Source: a virus
Lineage: Duplodnaviria > Caudoviricetes
Virus record (IMG/VR): IMGVR_UViG_3300032247_002425
Coordinates: 1-54,393 of that record
DNA length: 54,393 bases
Direction: 5' to 3' (one strand)
In this document: positions 28,901-37,710 of the stretch, piece by piece
Layout of the letters: each line of letters opens with the position of its first letter
Position numbering within the stretch: the first letter of the stretch is position 1
Notes under the pieces: model-generated
Seen by the model: only the letters and a program-made list of their open reading frames with translations
Told to the model about the DNA's origin: nothing
Database searches by the model: none
Made by a program: the position numbers and the translations under genes

Positions 28901-31415
28901 CCGTGACTATGCCGCCCCCATAGCTGTTACGTGTGCCAGATTCAAAGCTGTTGCGATAGCTGCGGCTCCAGTTGATGTTACCTGTGACGGAATCCAGCTG
29001 GGTGATGGCAATGGCACGCTGCGCCACGCCATTGTAGCCATCGTGGTTGATCCACAGGTTGCCGCTGGACGCGCCCTGCTCCCGGCTGTAGGCCATGTCG
29101 TAGAGGTAAGGTCTGTAATAGCTGCCACCGTTGCCGTTGATGTTGATCTCTGTCTCCCAGACCAGCGTGCCGTCAGTGGTGCTGAGATTGCTCACGCTGA
29201 ATGTGTTGAAGTTATCATCATAGACCTGCGTGGCTGCGAACAGGCTGCGGGTGTGCGGTTCAACGCCAATGCCCTCAGCCAGCGAACCTATGGGCCAGGT
29301 CATCTCAGTCTGCCACAGCACGTTGCCCTCAGCATCATACTTGACCATGTTGTTCACAGCAGCTGTGTTGCTCTGCCCGCCGTAGCTGTATGTCTCACCC
29401 GTGGCAGCCTCTGTGGCCACTGCTGAACCGTAGCTGCCTGTGGCCAGACCGAAGCCACCGCCGTACTGGCTGATCCAACCCTGAGTGCCCAGCGCATTCA
29501 CGGTGAACGTGCTGGCACCGTTGATGCTGCGCCCCTGTAGGAATGCCGTGTTGGTCTGTAGCACGTTGCCCACTGCTACCACGTTGCTGGTCAAATATAT
29601 GCTGTCGTTCACACTGGCGATAGCACCACCAGGTGGTAGGGTGCTTGTGCCATTGTTGTCAAACTGCCAAGCGTTGTATTGGTTGAAAGGCGCGTTGCGG
29701 AAGGTCTGGAAGTTCACGCCATCGCTGTTGACATAGACCCAGGTGGCTGGGTTGTTGCCAGGGTTGTCGATGTCGCTGACCCAGCGCAGATTGGCCTGCG
29801 TGTCGCTGTTGAGACTGAGACTGGCTGTGGCCGGCGCGTTAATGTCTTGGACCACGGTGAACACACCGTTGTCATTGATGTTGACGTTGTAAACACTGTT
29901 GCTGCTGACCAAGCTGCTGCTGGTGCCTCCACCTCCACCTACCAGGGCATTGCTGCCGTCCGAGAAGTTGATGGTGCCACCTGAGGGCAGGGTGAGATTG
30001 CCAACAAGATCAAACACCCAGGTGTTGTCATTGACGTTTATGCTGATACCGTCGTGGAATATGTCCACATAATTGTTATTAGTGAGATCACCGTATCCGC
30101 CAAGGACCGGAGTAGCCTGCAGGCTCAGGCCATACGCACCCGATATGATGTGGTAGTTGCCAGCTGCTTTCTCTATGACAAGCTGTGTGTCTAATGGGTG
30201 ATAGACAGGCTCGTCTGGATGACTGAGGACCAGTGTGCCGTCAGAACTGATAGTGAGGTTAGCACTACCGTTGGCTATGAGATCAGTAACACCGCCGCCG
30301 CCCACTAGCGCATTGCTGCCGTCGCTGTAGTTAATAGTGCCGCCCGCAGGCAGGGTTAGGTTACCATTGTTATCAAATGTCCATACATTGGAGCCAGAAG
30401 CTAGTTCCATGGAACCACTGCCATTCACGCTGAGGTTGGCCAGGCCTGGCCACTCTATGCTGCTGGTGGTAGCTCGCACTGATACCACTGTGATCTCGCC
30501 GGTGCCTGTGCTGCCCTGTTGGTCAATCATCAGCTGATCACCCGGAGCATAGCCCTGTCCTGGTTGGTTGATGGCCACGCTGCTTATGCTGAAGCCATCT
30601 GCCACGATGTCCACGGTCATGCCTGCTCCCCCACCACTGTCTGTGACGGTTGGCACGTTGGTGGCCGTTGTGTAGCCCACAGCAGGTCCGCCATTGAGGC
30701 TGATCTCAGTGGGTATGCCTGACACATTAGCAGGCAGCACAACATGCCCGTCAGCTCCCAGCACGTAGCTGACTTCGCCGCTGGTGATCTGCGTGGCGCC
30801 TCTGCTCTGTAGGCTAGGCGGATAGGCAGGAGGCTCACTGGCAGCCACGTTGGCAGTCCAACCTGCGCCACCCTCTAGCACTACATCTAGCAAGGTCAGT
30901 GTTAGCGTATACCCAGGTATACCCGTGATGTCGCTGCCAAAGGCAAAGGCATCATTGCTGTCATAGCCTGGATTGACATATTCTGGGAATGGATTGTTCA
31001 ACTCCAGAGACACCACACCTTCCAGAGAATACACGAACTGTCCCTGTAGCTGCCATGGCGAGCCAGTGAGGTTCAACACAGGCTTGCCTTCAGTGGGCAC
31101 ATAGTGGCTGCTGTCCAGCGTGAACAAGAAGATGCTGCTGACAGGCGAGGGCACCAATAGGCTGCCATTTGTGGTGAACGTCCAATCTTTTGTGCCTGCT
31201 TGCAACACGATGTTGCTGCTGTTAGCTGTGGCTATGGTAGTGTCGCTAAAGGTGATGTTGCCAGTGTTGGCACTCACGGGTATGCCACCTGGTGTACCCT
31301 GCTCATCTGCCACGCTGATCTGTGCGTTGGCGTCTACTATGATGGTCCCGGGAGGTCCAACGTAGGTGTTAGCATTGCCCTCTAGGGTAGTGCTGGCATA
31401 GACTCTGATGACCAT
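25911..31415 (-). CDS. Large virion fibre/adhesin-like protein (1834 aa) with beta-propeller region
   Basis: Repeated W.F...G.L.LP modules, PQQ-like G...W repeats, N-terminal ...TPGG motif; TAAATA at 31444-31449. Confidence 0.8.
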   Translation of the reverse strand: MVIRVYASTTLEGNANTYVGPPGTIIVDANAQISVADEQGTPGGIPVSANTGNITFSDTTIATANSSNIVLQAGTKDWTFTTNGSLLVPSPVSSIFLFTLDSSHYVPTEGKPVLNLTGSPWQLQGQFVYSLEGVVSLELNNPFPEYVNPGYDSNDAFAFGSDITGIPGYTLTLTLLDVVLEGGAGWTANVAASEPPAYPPSLQSRGATQITSGEVSYVLGADGHVVLPANVSGIPTEISLNGGPAVGYTTATNVPTVTDSGGGAGMTVDIVADGFSISSVAINQPGQGYAPGDQLMIDQQGSTGTGEITVVSVRATTSSIEWPGLANLSVNGSGSMELASGSNVWTFDNNGNLTLPAGGTINYSDGSNALVGGGGVTDLIANGSANLTISSDGTLVLSHPDEPVYHPLDTQLVIEKAAGNYHIISGAYGLSLQATPVLGGYGDLTNNNYVDIFHDGISINVNDNTWVFDLVGNLTLPSGGTINFSDGSNALVGGGGGTSSSLVSSNSVYNVNINDNGVFTVVQDINAPATASLSLNSDTQANLRWVSDIDNPGNNPATWVYVNSDGVNFQTFRNAPFNQYNAWQFDNNGTSTLPPGGAIASVNDSIYLTSNVVAVGNVLQTNTAFLQGRSINGASTFTVNALGTQGWISQYGGGFGLATGSYGSAVATEAATGETYSYGGQSNTAAVNNMVKYDAEGNVLWQTEMTWPIGSLAEGIGVEPHTRSLFAATQVYDDNFNTFSVSNLSTTDGTLVWETEININGNGGSYYRPYLYDMAYSREQGASSGNLWINHDGYNGVAQRAIAITQLDSVTGNINWSRSYRNSFESGTRNSYGGGIVTEYQPNVNIVSNNAYINSTGFYTPNAALVGKVGEDGNGRWLTRFTYQSQTTIGAAVAYDDGNVFAGGSIYAANTYAWLSSMDADTGTPHWTTRWTTGLDGAEGITAVAGAGNLYVAGISYDLNSIGITVSQINQETGVILWINELNTAWPYSAEFMDLFDSSAHALDWDSSDPQSPLVITWLNITGGMAGADSNQVTMRVPSDGSLRGEYGPWIYRNIAGGITQNYNDLTVTTGGNLSAVPLTATTTTGNLSITPAAETTWLNAMGPAAAWQFDQAGVLTLPDGGYLDNNGGITRLGAAGTVGAQIGSADTQNYVTASNEGVTIQTQADIANSNWVFDLNGYLTMPLHTRMNSGGVGNTNSAEFGTVVNTYGDNGVVQNSQIYMSAGTGEARILVNMEGHTLVYYGTEEVENPNFTGMVAMDPNVRSQYAIASENGNILLGGAQPGGTLISSDYIAGIGSLNNNYNMNGLYVDTTSVLISTGSEGAVNNSQQFGTNGISTTTTFGNISTNTSQAASYWLALAQDSTTGLYPAQAKIDVCLANIDTPEVYIDLRRASDGFNVLWTFDNTGNLTLPQGGTINWSDGSNALVGGGAVNTGNITFSDNTIGTSNAGNIVLSTNSNTWTFGADGIATIPGGSTIQDLGYGYGSGHGLWLNTAYNGNASALFQDSISNQIITQDYNNGHWAVINTQFTGGDSSHPEILLITNPGNGMPKNDWILGSDGTTYLPSNAVITSHNYDTGNVTTVGSNISIRTASDGPTYHDWTFSPTGNLRLPDTAGISSATTLSIESGTDIFLRAPAGGVGIYSGNSQLAITSGLGIETYADAINFTPNAEGDVLIDINNANTFVEIASPVGSWMFTGNGSLTFPDATVQPTAYQRTTGTWNVTVGSNTYSFTVPGIGTYSMWVRGNIPNGIIVWNATASVTNTNVPVIGQQFAWNYTGGGTPLEITAIPTQFIGTAGTIVSSNPSVGTTSNVFDFTINNASGAPKTVYWGYVIQ
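27901..28070. repeat. Copy A of a ~170-bp segment shared by two fibre genes
   Basis: Encodes LTLPDGGYLDNNGGITRLGAAG..GAQIGSADTQNYVTASN.GVTIQT.AD..NSNW; second copy at ~33314-33483. Confidence 0.85.
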
Positions 31416-32020
31416 GGGTATTCCTCACTGATGTGCTGACAAGTATTTACCGTGGCCCTACTAGCGCACAGTTGGGGAGGTTCACCTTGCGCCAGCAGAT
31501 CCATATCAACTGCAGTATGGTAAGATTTAGGTATACACATTTGCAACAGCAATGCCTTGATCTGATCAGCTAGGCCCGGTGCTGAGATAGCAGCGTGGGG
31601 ATCCTGTGCCCATGCAAAATGTTCTAGATCCATCCAGAGATCGTCTACTGCACACCATGTAGTGACAGCATGGTGTGTGAGCCATTGCTCGATCTCAGCA
31701 GCGCGACGCATTGCATAATGCTCATAGTCGCCATTTACATCAGATGTGACATCTATGGGACGTGTGATAACACCCTGTGCTGCATAGTAATCACCAATAT
31801 CTGTGAGATTCTTGCTGTGTTTCCAATCACTTGTGACAACTATATCTGCAAGCGTAGTCGCAAGTATGTCATTGAGGATTGCCACACATGCGGGATCGAA
31901 AGGTTCCCAAGGTAGCCTACCTTTGAGTTCGTCACAGGTAGGCAAGCTGGTCTTGGTCCGTGATGTGCCGGGACTGGCCCGGCACATCACACCGTAGTGG
32001 TCGAGGAAGATGATCCTCAC
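31382..32020 (-). CDS. HAD-superfamily (Swiss-army-knife RNA-repair type) protein
   Basis: IIFLDHYGV, IVVTSDW+, R..EI..WL, W.AVDDL; GTG 32020 overlaps upstream TGA; C-terminal ~50 aa may be run-on. Confidence 0.7.
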   Translation of the reverse strand: MRIIFLDHYGVMCRASPGTSRTKTSLPTCDELKGRLPWEPFDPACVAILNDILATTLADIVVTSDWKHSKNLTDIGDYYAAQGVITRPIDVTSDVNGDYEHYAMRRAAEIEQWLTHHAVTTWCAVDDLWMDLEHFAWAQDPHAAISAPGLADQIKALLLQMCIPKSYHTAVDMDLLAQGEPPQLCASRATVNTCQHISEEYPWSSESMPALP

Positions 32021-35000
32021 GCAGCCAGGGCCAGCTCTGTGATCTCCAAGCTTTCCAAGCGACGCACATACCAACGGATATCATCCACGGCATAGGTCTG
32101 CTCACAGAGCCTCAGTCCGTCAATCCAGCGATCAGCTATGCCCGCAAACTCTGCGCGGTCACGCAACTGCCTGCCTGCCTTGACCCAGCGCATGTTGTCA
32201 ATCGGGTAAGCATTGCTGAACCTGCAGCTGGTCAGTATGCCGTTGGCAAACAGGTTTATGTGGCGATCAGTGATCACGTTGTAGTAGTCCACGGTCTCAG
32301 TGACTGTGCGCTTGCTGACCAACACTGCCTCTGTGCCCGCAACTGTGTGGGTTATGGTACCAAGTGGCGTGTGGTCTGTCATTGGATAGGTGAACGCGCC
32401 TGCTTGTTTGTTGAATATGCGATGCTGATCAACCGTGCGCAGCACACTGCCGTCGCTGAATACCAGCTCGTTGTAGGCCTCAGCAGTTTCGGTACGCTTG
32501 ATCCACAGTGCTCTAGCTGTGGCAAAGCCAGCTGTGTCAAAGTCCCAGACCCTGATGTGGTCGTCATAGCTGATGTCCTCGATGCGCTTGGTCGTGCCAT
32601 TGGCCATGGTGATCACAGTGCCTGCGATCAGGCAAAGTCCTGTGGTACCTGAAGCCTGAGCACTCCATATGGTGCCGGCGTCAGTGGTGATGTGAGCGTA
32701 TACTATGTATGGTTGGTCGGCATGGGGATTACCAAAGGTGCCATCAACAGTCTGTGAGCCCACTGCAGCACTGCCTGATGTGTATTGTGTGGTGCCTTGG
32801 CACACTGTCACTATGCCAGTGCTGAGCACGCTGGCTGTGTAGCTATCCGCATTATAGGTCACTCTATACGTGCCCCCACCACCTGGGTTACCTGCTGCGG
32901 TGATGTTCACGCTCTGTACCAGCGTGGTTGGATTGAAAGCCACGCTACCGCCACCTACCAAGGCATTGCTGCCATCGCTGTAGTTGATTGTACCACCTGT
33001 GGGCAGTGTGAGGTTGCCAGTTTGGTCAAAGTCCCATAATTTAGGACCGGGACCGCCATTCTGGCCCACAGCGATGCGCACAATGCCTGATCCTGGCACA
33101 GGGTTGCTGTACACTGCGGCAATGTTGCTGGTGCCAATGCCGGCATAATCTTCCACCCAGACTAATGTAGTTCCGCCGTTGACTCCGATTGACGCTGTGA
33201 TCAAGTTATGATCCGCAGATGAAATCACAGCAGCATTGCCAAAAGCAGGATCGTCTGGTATTATAGCTAGATTACCTGTGGGGAATGTTGTTGTACCATC
33301 TGTGCCAAATGTCCAGTTGCTGTTGGTGCTGTCTGCCAGCGTCTGTATGGTAACACCCACGTTGCTGGCAGTCACATAGTTCTGTGTGTCAGCACTGCCT
33401 ATCTGCGCTCCCGCATCCCCTGCTGCACCCAGGCGTGTGATACCACCATTGTTGTCCAGATATCCGCCATCTGGTAGCGTGAGGTTACCTGAGTTACCAA
33501 AGGTCCAGTTGTACTGGGCACCACTGAAGTCAGTGGTCAGCTGTATGCTCTGCGGTGCTACCTCAAGCTGCGTGGTCCTGTCATTGCCAATATCCACCTG
33601 GCGGTTTTGTACGGTGAACGTCACGCCACCTGTTGCGTTGGGATTGAACACTTTGATGTTGAGATCATTGCCTTCAGCTGCCTGCATGTTTCCTGGCACA
33701 GTGAAAGTGCCGCTGTTGTCTAGAACCCAGATGTATTCGTTTACACCGCTGTTGGTGATGAGGTTGATCACTTGGTCAGTGAAGCTGCTCTGATAACCGC
33801 CTATGTTGATGCCGCCATCGTCCGTGTAGATCACGCCGCCGCCTGGTATGGTGAGACTGCCGTCGCTGCCAAACTGCCACTGATAGCTGTTGTTGACTAT
33901 GTTACCGCTGCCTGGAAGGTTGAAATTGCCAGTGCTGTCAAAGCTCCAAGCTTCCAATGGCGTACCAAACGTCACTGACGACCCAGGAGAGAATCCAGCA
34001 GACACGTTCTGTGCCACGGTGATTATCCACTCTGTGCCACCGTCTGTGACTTCGGTGACCACGGTATTATAGCCGCCCCAGGTGGTTACCGCTGGGAATC
34101 CCACCTTGACTTGATAGCCAATGTTTGGATCAGCCACCTTGAGGATGTGTAGGTCAACGCCAGGAGGTGGCACAGTGTTCACGATGCCCACGTACTGTCC
34201 AGTGCCCACTGACACCTGTATGGTGTTGGCGCTGTTGATGCTGCCAGGTATGGTCAAGTTGCCAGTGCTGCCAAAGGTCCATGTGTTGCCGCCTATACCG
34301 TACTGCCCAACGTTAGTGCCAATGCTCATGCTGCCATCGGCGTTGGTCTTGACGAACTGCGTGTCATCCCCTAGGAATATGTCAGTGACCAGTAGGTTAC
34401 CGCTGGTGAGGTGTAGGTGGTTGCCGTCACCGGCTGTGGGATAGATAACCAGCCGCTGATCAGGATTTCCGCCGCCATATGGTGTGAGCTCAATGGTATG
34501 TACCGGTGAGCCTCCAAATATCACAGCACTGCCTTCGCCGATAGTACCACCTGCTGGCAGAACCAGATTGCCTGTGAGGTCAAAGCGCCAGGTGTAACCC
34601 TGAGCAGCAAAGCCGTTGGGGTGATTCTCTACGTGGAATCCAGCACTGTCTGTATAGACCCAGTTGTAGGCATGGTCTTGGAATCCGCTATAGGTCTGTG
34701 TGGTGATCTCTGCGTTGGCCCACATCAGCTGGCTGAATGCCTGTTGGCTGCCGTTGCCTGACCAGCTGTTCACGCTCACGCTGCCATGCTCTGTGCTGTT
34801 GATGTCCATGATGGTGGTGTTGTTGTGGCGCTGTTCGCTGATGGCACCACCTGTCTCAAAGTTCAGAGCCAGTATGTTGTTGATGCTACCCACACCCTGC
34901 TGACCGCTGCCACCTATGAGATCCAGTTCAAACTGGTTGGTGCGCACCGTGGCAGCTATGAGGTTACCCCCACCATAGAAGGTCACTGGTGTGGTTGTGA

Positions 35001-37698
35001 TACCCACCGTGCGCGGCGTTGTTGCCAAGCTGGTGGTCACACCTACTGGAGCATAGCTGGCATAGATGTAGGGACCGTAGGTGCCCTGACCTGTGCCATC
35101 CAGGGGCAGCTTCACAGCCATGGCACCTTCTGCGCCGTCCAAGGTCTGCCAGCCACCTGCGCCAAAGTGACTATCGCCTATGAGGCCGATGGTGCTGCTG
35201 TTGTTGTCCCAGAAATAGTTGCCACCGCCCATGGTTGTGGTAGTATACAGAGCGTTGCTCCACATCACGCTGCCGTCAGCGCCGCTCACGCGGCTGAACA
35301 GCATGCCTTCTGATCCATACTCGTTCCACGGACCTTGAGCCCAGCCTGAGACTATGACGTCACCGCCTGGAGTGAGCACGCCACCCTCTGAACCACCGGT
35401 GACATTGACTATCTCTGTGATCCATATACCCTCGCCCGTGGCTGCGTCCAGCTTGCTCAGCCTTGGATGTCCTACGTAATATGTGGTCACGAACAGGCTG
35501 TTGGTGCTGTCGTCTACCATAACTGCGCCGTTCCTGCCATCACTGTACAGTGGCAGTATGCTCACGCCCCAGATGGGCGTGCCAAGATCGCTGGGGGTCT
35601 TGATCACTATGTCTTCGTAGCTGCTGCCATTGTACCACTGGCCACCGGCGTAGACGTTGCCTGTGGCATCTGTGGTCACTGACTTGAACACTGCGTTGCC
35701 TGTGAAGCTGCCGTAGCCTGCGCTGCTTTGGTCCCGTAGGTTGACCAGCCAGGCATTGTCATAGCTGGCAGTTGCGGCATAACCTGCTATGTAAACGTTG
35801 CCCGTGCCTGGTGCTCCAGGTCCAACGGCAATACTGCTGGACACCAGATCAAAGTTGCTGGGACTGAACATGGTCAGTGGATAGGCAGCACTGCCGTCAA
35901 CTGTGCTGACTAAACTAACAATCGCGCCCTCATGGCCATCACCATAGTTATAGCCACTGCCCAGCACGATGAGATTGTCTGCGCCGTAGGGCTGTGCCTG
36001 TATGATCTTACCAGTCACGCCTTCTGCGCCATCATAGGTGGCCTGCTTCTGCCACAGCACAGCACCGTTTGGATCGTACTTGACCATGTAGGGTATATCA
36101 CCGTCATAGAAGTCGTCGCCCATGGCATACACGCCGCTGGCATCGCCCATCACATAGCGGAACTCGCTGTAGTGGCTGGAGCCTGTGTTGCTCACATTGC
36201 TCATGCTGCTGATCCAACCTGCGGGAGCAGTGCCACCGATGTTGAGATCGCCTGGCACAGTGGTCTGGCCATCCGTGGTCAGCGTGATGGTGCTTTCATA
36301 GTCAGCAACTGTGCCTATGGTGGTGGTTATGCTGACCACGTTGGCAGCAGGTATGGCCAGCGTGGTGAGGTCAAGTGTGCCTGCTGTGAGGTTGCCTTCA
36401 TTGTAGTGTGGAGTCAGCGTGCCAGTGGTAAATGTGTAGCTCTGTGGATAAGTGTTGGCTGACCAAGCTGGTGTGACGTCACTGTAGGTAGCTGATCCAA
36501 TTGGTCCATCCCACCTGCCAACCAGGCTGCCATCCGTGGGCACCTGCGCCGTGAAGGCCAAGGCAGGGAATGGTCCGCTGATGAAGCCTGTGATGCCTAT
36601 GCGATCCTCGTAGACGCTGCCCACTCTGAGCCCTGAGTAATATGCCTCAGCTGTGTCTTCAAATGAGTAGCCAATGGTATGGCTCCACAGCATGGTACCA
36701 GTGTCAGCTGACAGCTTGCTGATGAACAGCGCCACGTACTGAGTGGACCCATCCTGGGTGGTTCCTAGCACATACACATGTCCCGCATGGTCTGGTACCA
36801 CGTCGTAGCCGCTGGTGAGATGGCTGCCGGAGCCATCCAGCACTGTCTGCCAGATGCTGCTGCCATTGACATCCACCTTGTACACTGCTGTGCCACTGCC
36901 AGCGTCGCCGACCAGCACATAGGCATTGCCGGTACTGTCCGCGCTCACGGATTCTGCGTTGCCAAAGTCTGATATCTGCTGCTGCCAATTTATTGAGCCG
37001 CTGCCGCTGTCTAGCTGTAGCAGATAAGCACCCACTCCGTTGTAGGTGCCGCTCACCAACACATTGCTGCCGGCCCATGCCGAAGTCTGTGCTGAGAAGC
37101 TGTCGCTGCTGGTTGCCAGAGTGGTAGTCCACACCAGTGCATTGGTGCTGCTGTTGATCTTGGTGACCAGACCTTGCTCGTTAACATAGCCAGCAAAGTA
37201 CATGTTGGCTGAGTTATCCACAGCAATGTCCAATGCCCTGCCACCAGTGAGGCTGATGTAGGTTGGGCTGATGTTGCCTTCTGCGTCCATGGTGCCAGCA
37301 TACCACACGTTGGTTACACTGTCGTTGGCCATGAAGTAGAGATTGTCCATGCTATCTATGGCTATGCCGTCATTGCCACCGCAGGCAAAGCCGTTGGCAT
37401 CTGTGTAGCTCTTGCGCCACTGTAGATAGCCCTCAGAGTTGAACTTCAGCGCCAGCGTGCCGTTGCCGTTGGGAGTGTTGACCAAACCATACACATACAC
37501 GTTGCCCACGCTGTCATAGACCAGGCTCACGCCCGTGTCACTGCTGCCAAACTGTGTGTCCTGGACCACGTTCCACCAGTAGTTCCTAGCACGTAACGCA
37601 TGTAGCTCTAGGCTAGTGCCAGCTGTGCTGCTGACGTTGCCGCTGCTCAGCCCGTCTACCGTGACTGGTACCTGTGTGCCCTGTATCAAAACGCTCAT
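32017..37698 (-). CDS. Large virion fibre-like protein (1893 aa) with beta-propellers and C-terminal Hint domain
   Basis: SBBP/PQQ-like D..GN.YV.G repeats, W.F...G.L..P modules; C-terminal CLIAGT..., TVDQHRIF, YYNV...NLFANGILTSC. Confidence 0.82.
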   Translation of the reverse strand: MSVLIQGTQVPVTVDGLSSGNVSSTAGTSLELHALRARNYWWNVVQDTQFGSSDTGVSLVYDSVGNVYVYGLVNTPNGNGTLALKFNSEGYLQWRKSYTDANGFACGGNDGIAIDSMDNLYFMANDSVTNVWYAGTMDAEGNISPTYISLTGGRALDIAVDNSANMYFAGYVNEQGLVTKINSSTNALVWTTTLATSSDSFSAQTSAWAGSNVLVSGTYNGVGAYLLQLDSGSGSINWQQQISDFGNAESVSADSTGNAYVLVGDAGSGTAVYKVDVNGSSIWQTVLDGSGSHLTSGYDVVPDHAGHVYVLGTTQDGSTQYVALFISKLSADTGTMLWSHTIGYSFEDTAEAYYSGLRVGSVYEDRIGITGFISGPFPALAFTAQVPTDGSLVGRWDGPIGSATYSDVTPAWSANTYPQSYTFTTGTLTPHYNEGNLTAGTLDLTTLAIPAANVVSITTTIGTVADYESTITLTTDGQTTVPGDLNIGGTAPAGWISSMSNVSNTGSSHYSEFRYVMGDASGVYAMGDDFYDGDIPYMVKYDPNGAVLWQKQATYDGAEGVTGKIIQAQPYGADNLIVLGSGYNYGDGHEGAIVSLVSTVDGSAAYPLTMFSPSNFDLVSSSIAVGPGAPGTGNVYIAGYAATASYDNAWLVNLRDQSSAGYGSFTGNAVFKSVTTDATGNVYAGGQWYNGSSYEDIVIKTPSDLGTPIWGVSILPLYSDGRNGAVMVDDSTNSLFVTTYYVGHPRLSKLDAATGEGIWITEIVNVTGGSEGGVLTPGGDVIVSGWAQGPWNEYGSEGMLFSRVSGADGSVMWSNALYTTTTMGGGNYFWDNNSSTIGLIGDSHFGAGGWQTLDGAEGAMAVKLPLDGTGQGTYGPYIYASYAPVGVTTSLATTPRTVGITTTPVTFYGGGNLIAATVRTNQFELDLIGGSGQQGVGSINNILALNFETGGAISEQRHNNTTIMDINSTEHGSVSVNSWSGNGSQQAFSQLMWANAEITTQTYSGFQDHAYNWVYTDSAGFHVENHPNGFAAQGYTWRFDLTGNLVLPAGGTIGEGSAVIFGGSPVHTIELTPYGGGNPDQRLVIYPTAGDGNHLHLTSGNLLVTDIFLGDDTQFVKTNADGSMSIGTNVGQYGIGGNTWTFGSTGNLTIPGSINSANTIQVSVGTGQYVGIVNTVPPPGVDLHILKVADPNIGYQVKVGFPAVTTWGGYNTVVTEVTDGGTEWIITVAQNVSAGFSPGSSVTFGTPLEAWSFDSTGNFNLPGSGNIVNNSYQWQFGSDGSLTIPGGGVIYTDDGGINIGGYQSSFTDQVINLITNSGVNEYIWVLDNSGTFTVPGNMQAAEGNDLNIKVFNPNATGGVTFTVQNRQVDIGNDRTTQLEVAPQSIQLTTDFSGAQYNWTFGNSGNLTLPDGGYLDNNGGITRLGAAGDAGAQIGSADTQNYVTASNVGVTIQTLADSTNSNWTFGTDGTTTFPTGNLAIIPDDPAFGNAAVISSADHNLITASIGVNGGTTLVWVEDYAGIGTSNIAAVYSNPVPGSGIVRIAVGQNGGPGPKLWDFDQTGNLTLPTGGTINYSDGSNALVGGGSVAFNPTTLVQSVNITAAGNPGGGGTYRVTYNADSYTASVLSTGIVTVCQGTTQYTSGSAAVGSQTVDGTFGNPHADQPYIVYAHITTDAGTIWSAQASGTTGLCLIAGTVITMANGTTKRIEDISYDDHIRVWDFDTAGFATARALWIKRTETAEAYNELVFSDGSVLRTVDQHRIFNKQAGAFTYPMTDHTPLGTITHTVAGTEAVLVSKRTVTETVDYYNVITDRHINLFANGILTSCRFSNAYPIDNMRWVKAGRQLRDRAEFAGIADRWIDGLRLCEQTYAVDDIRWYVRRLESLEITELALAA
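32227..32634 (-). other. Hint (hedgehog/intein) domain, ~136 aa
   Basis: Block A Cys (C-LIAGTVITMA.G..K.IEDI), block B T..H, block F/G YYNV...FANGILTS. Confidence 0.8.
33314..33483. repeat. Copy B of the shared ~170-bp fibre segment
   Basis: Near-identical to 27901-28070, differences mostly at third codon positions. Confidence 0.85.
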
Positions 37699-37710
37699 CG
37701 CTGTGTTCCC

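Noticed and set aside
32224-32634. Canonical splicing intein
   Set aside because: No terminal His-Asn and no endonuclease domain; sits near the C-terminus of a structural protein
27901-33483. Repeat pair as DGR template/variable repeats
   Set aside because: Both copies are mid-gene, differences are mostly synonymous and not adenine-specific, and no reverse transcriptase is in the window
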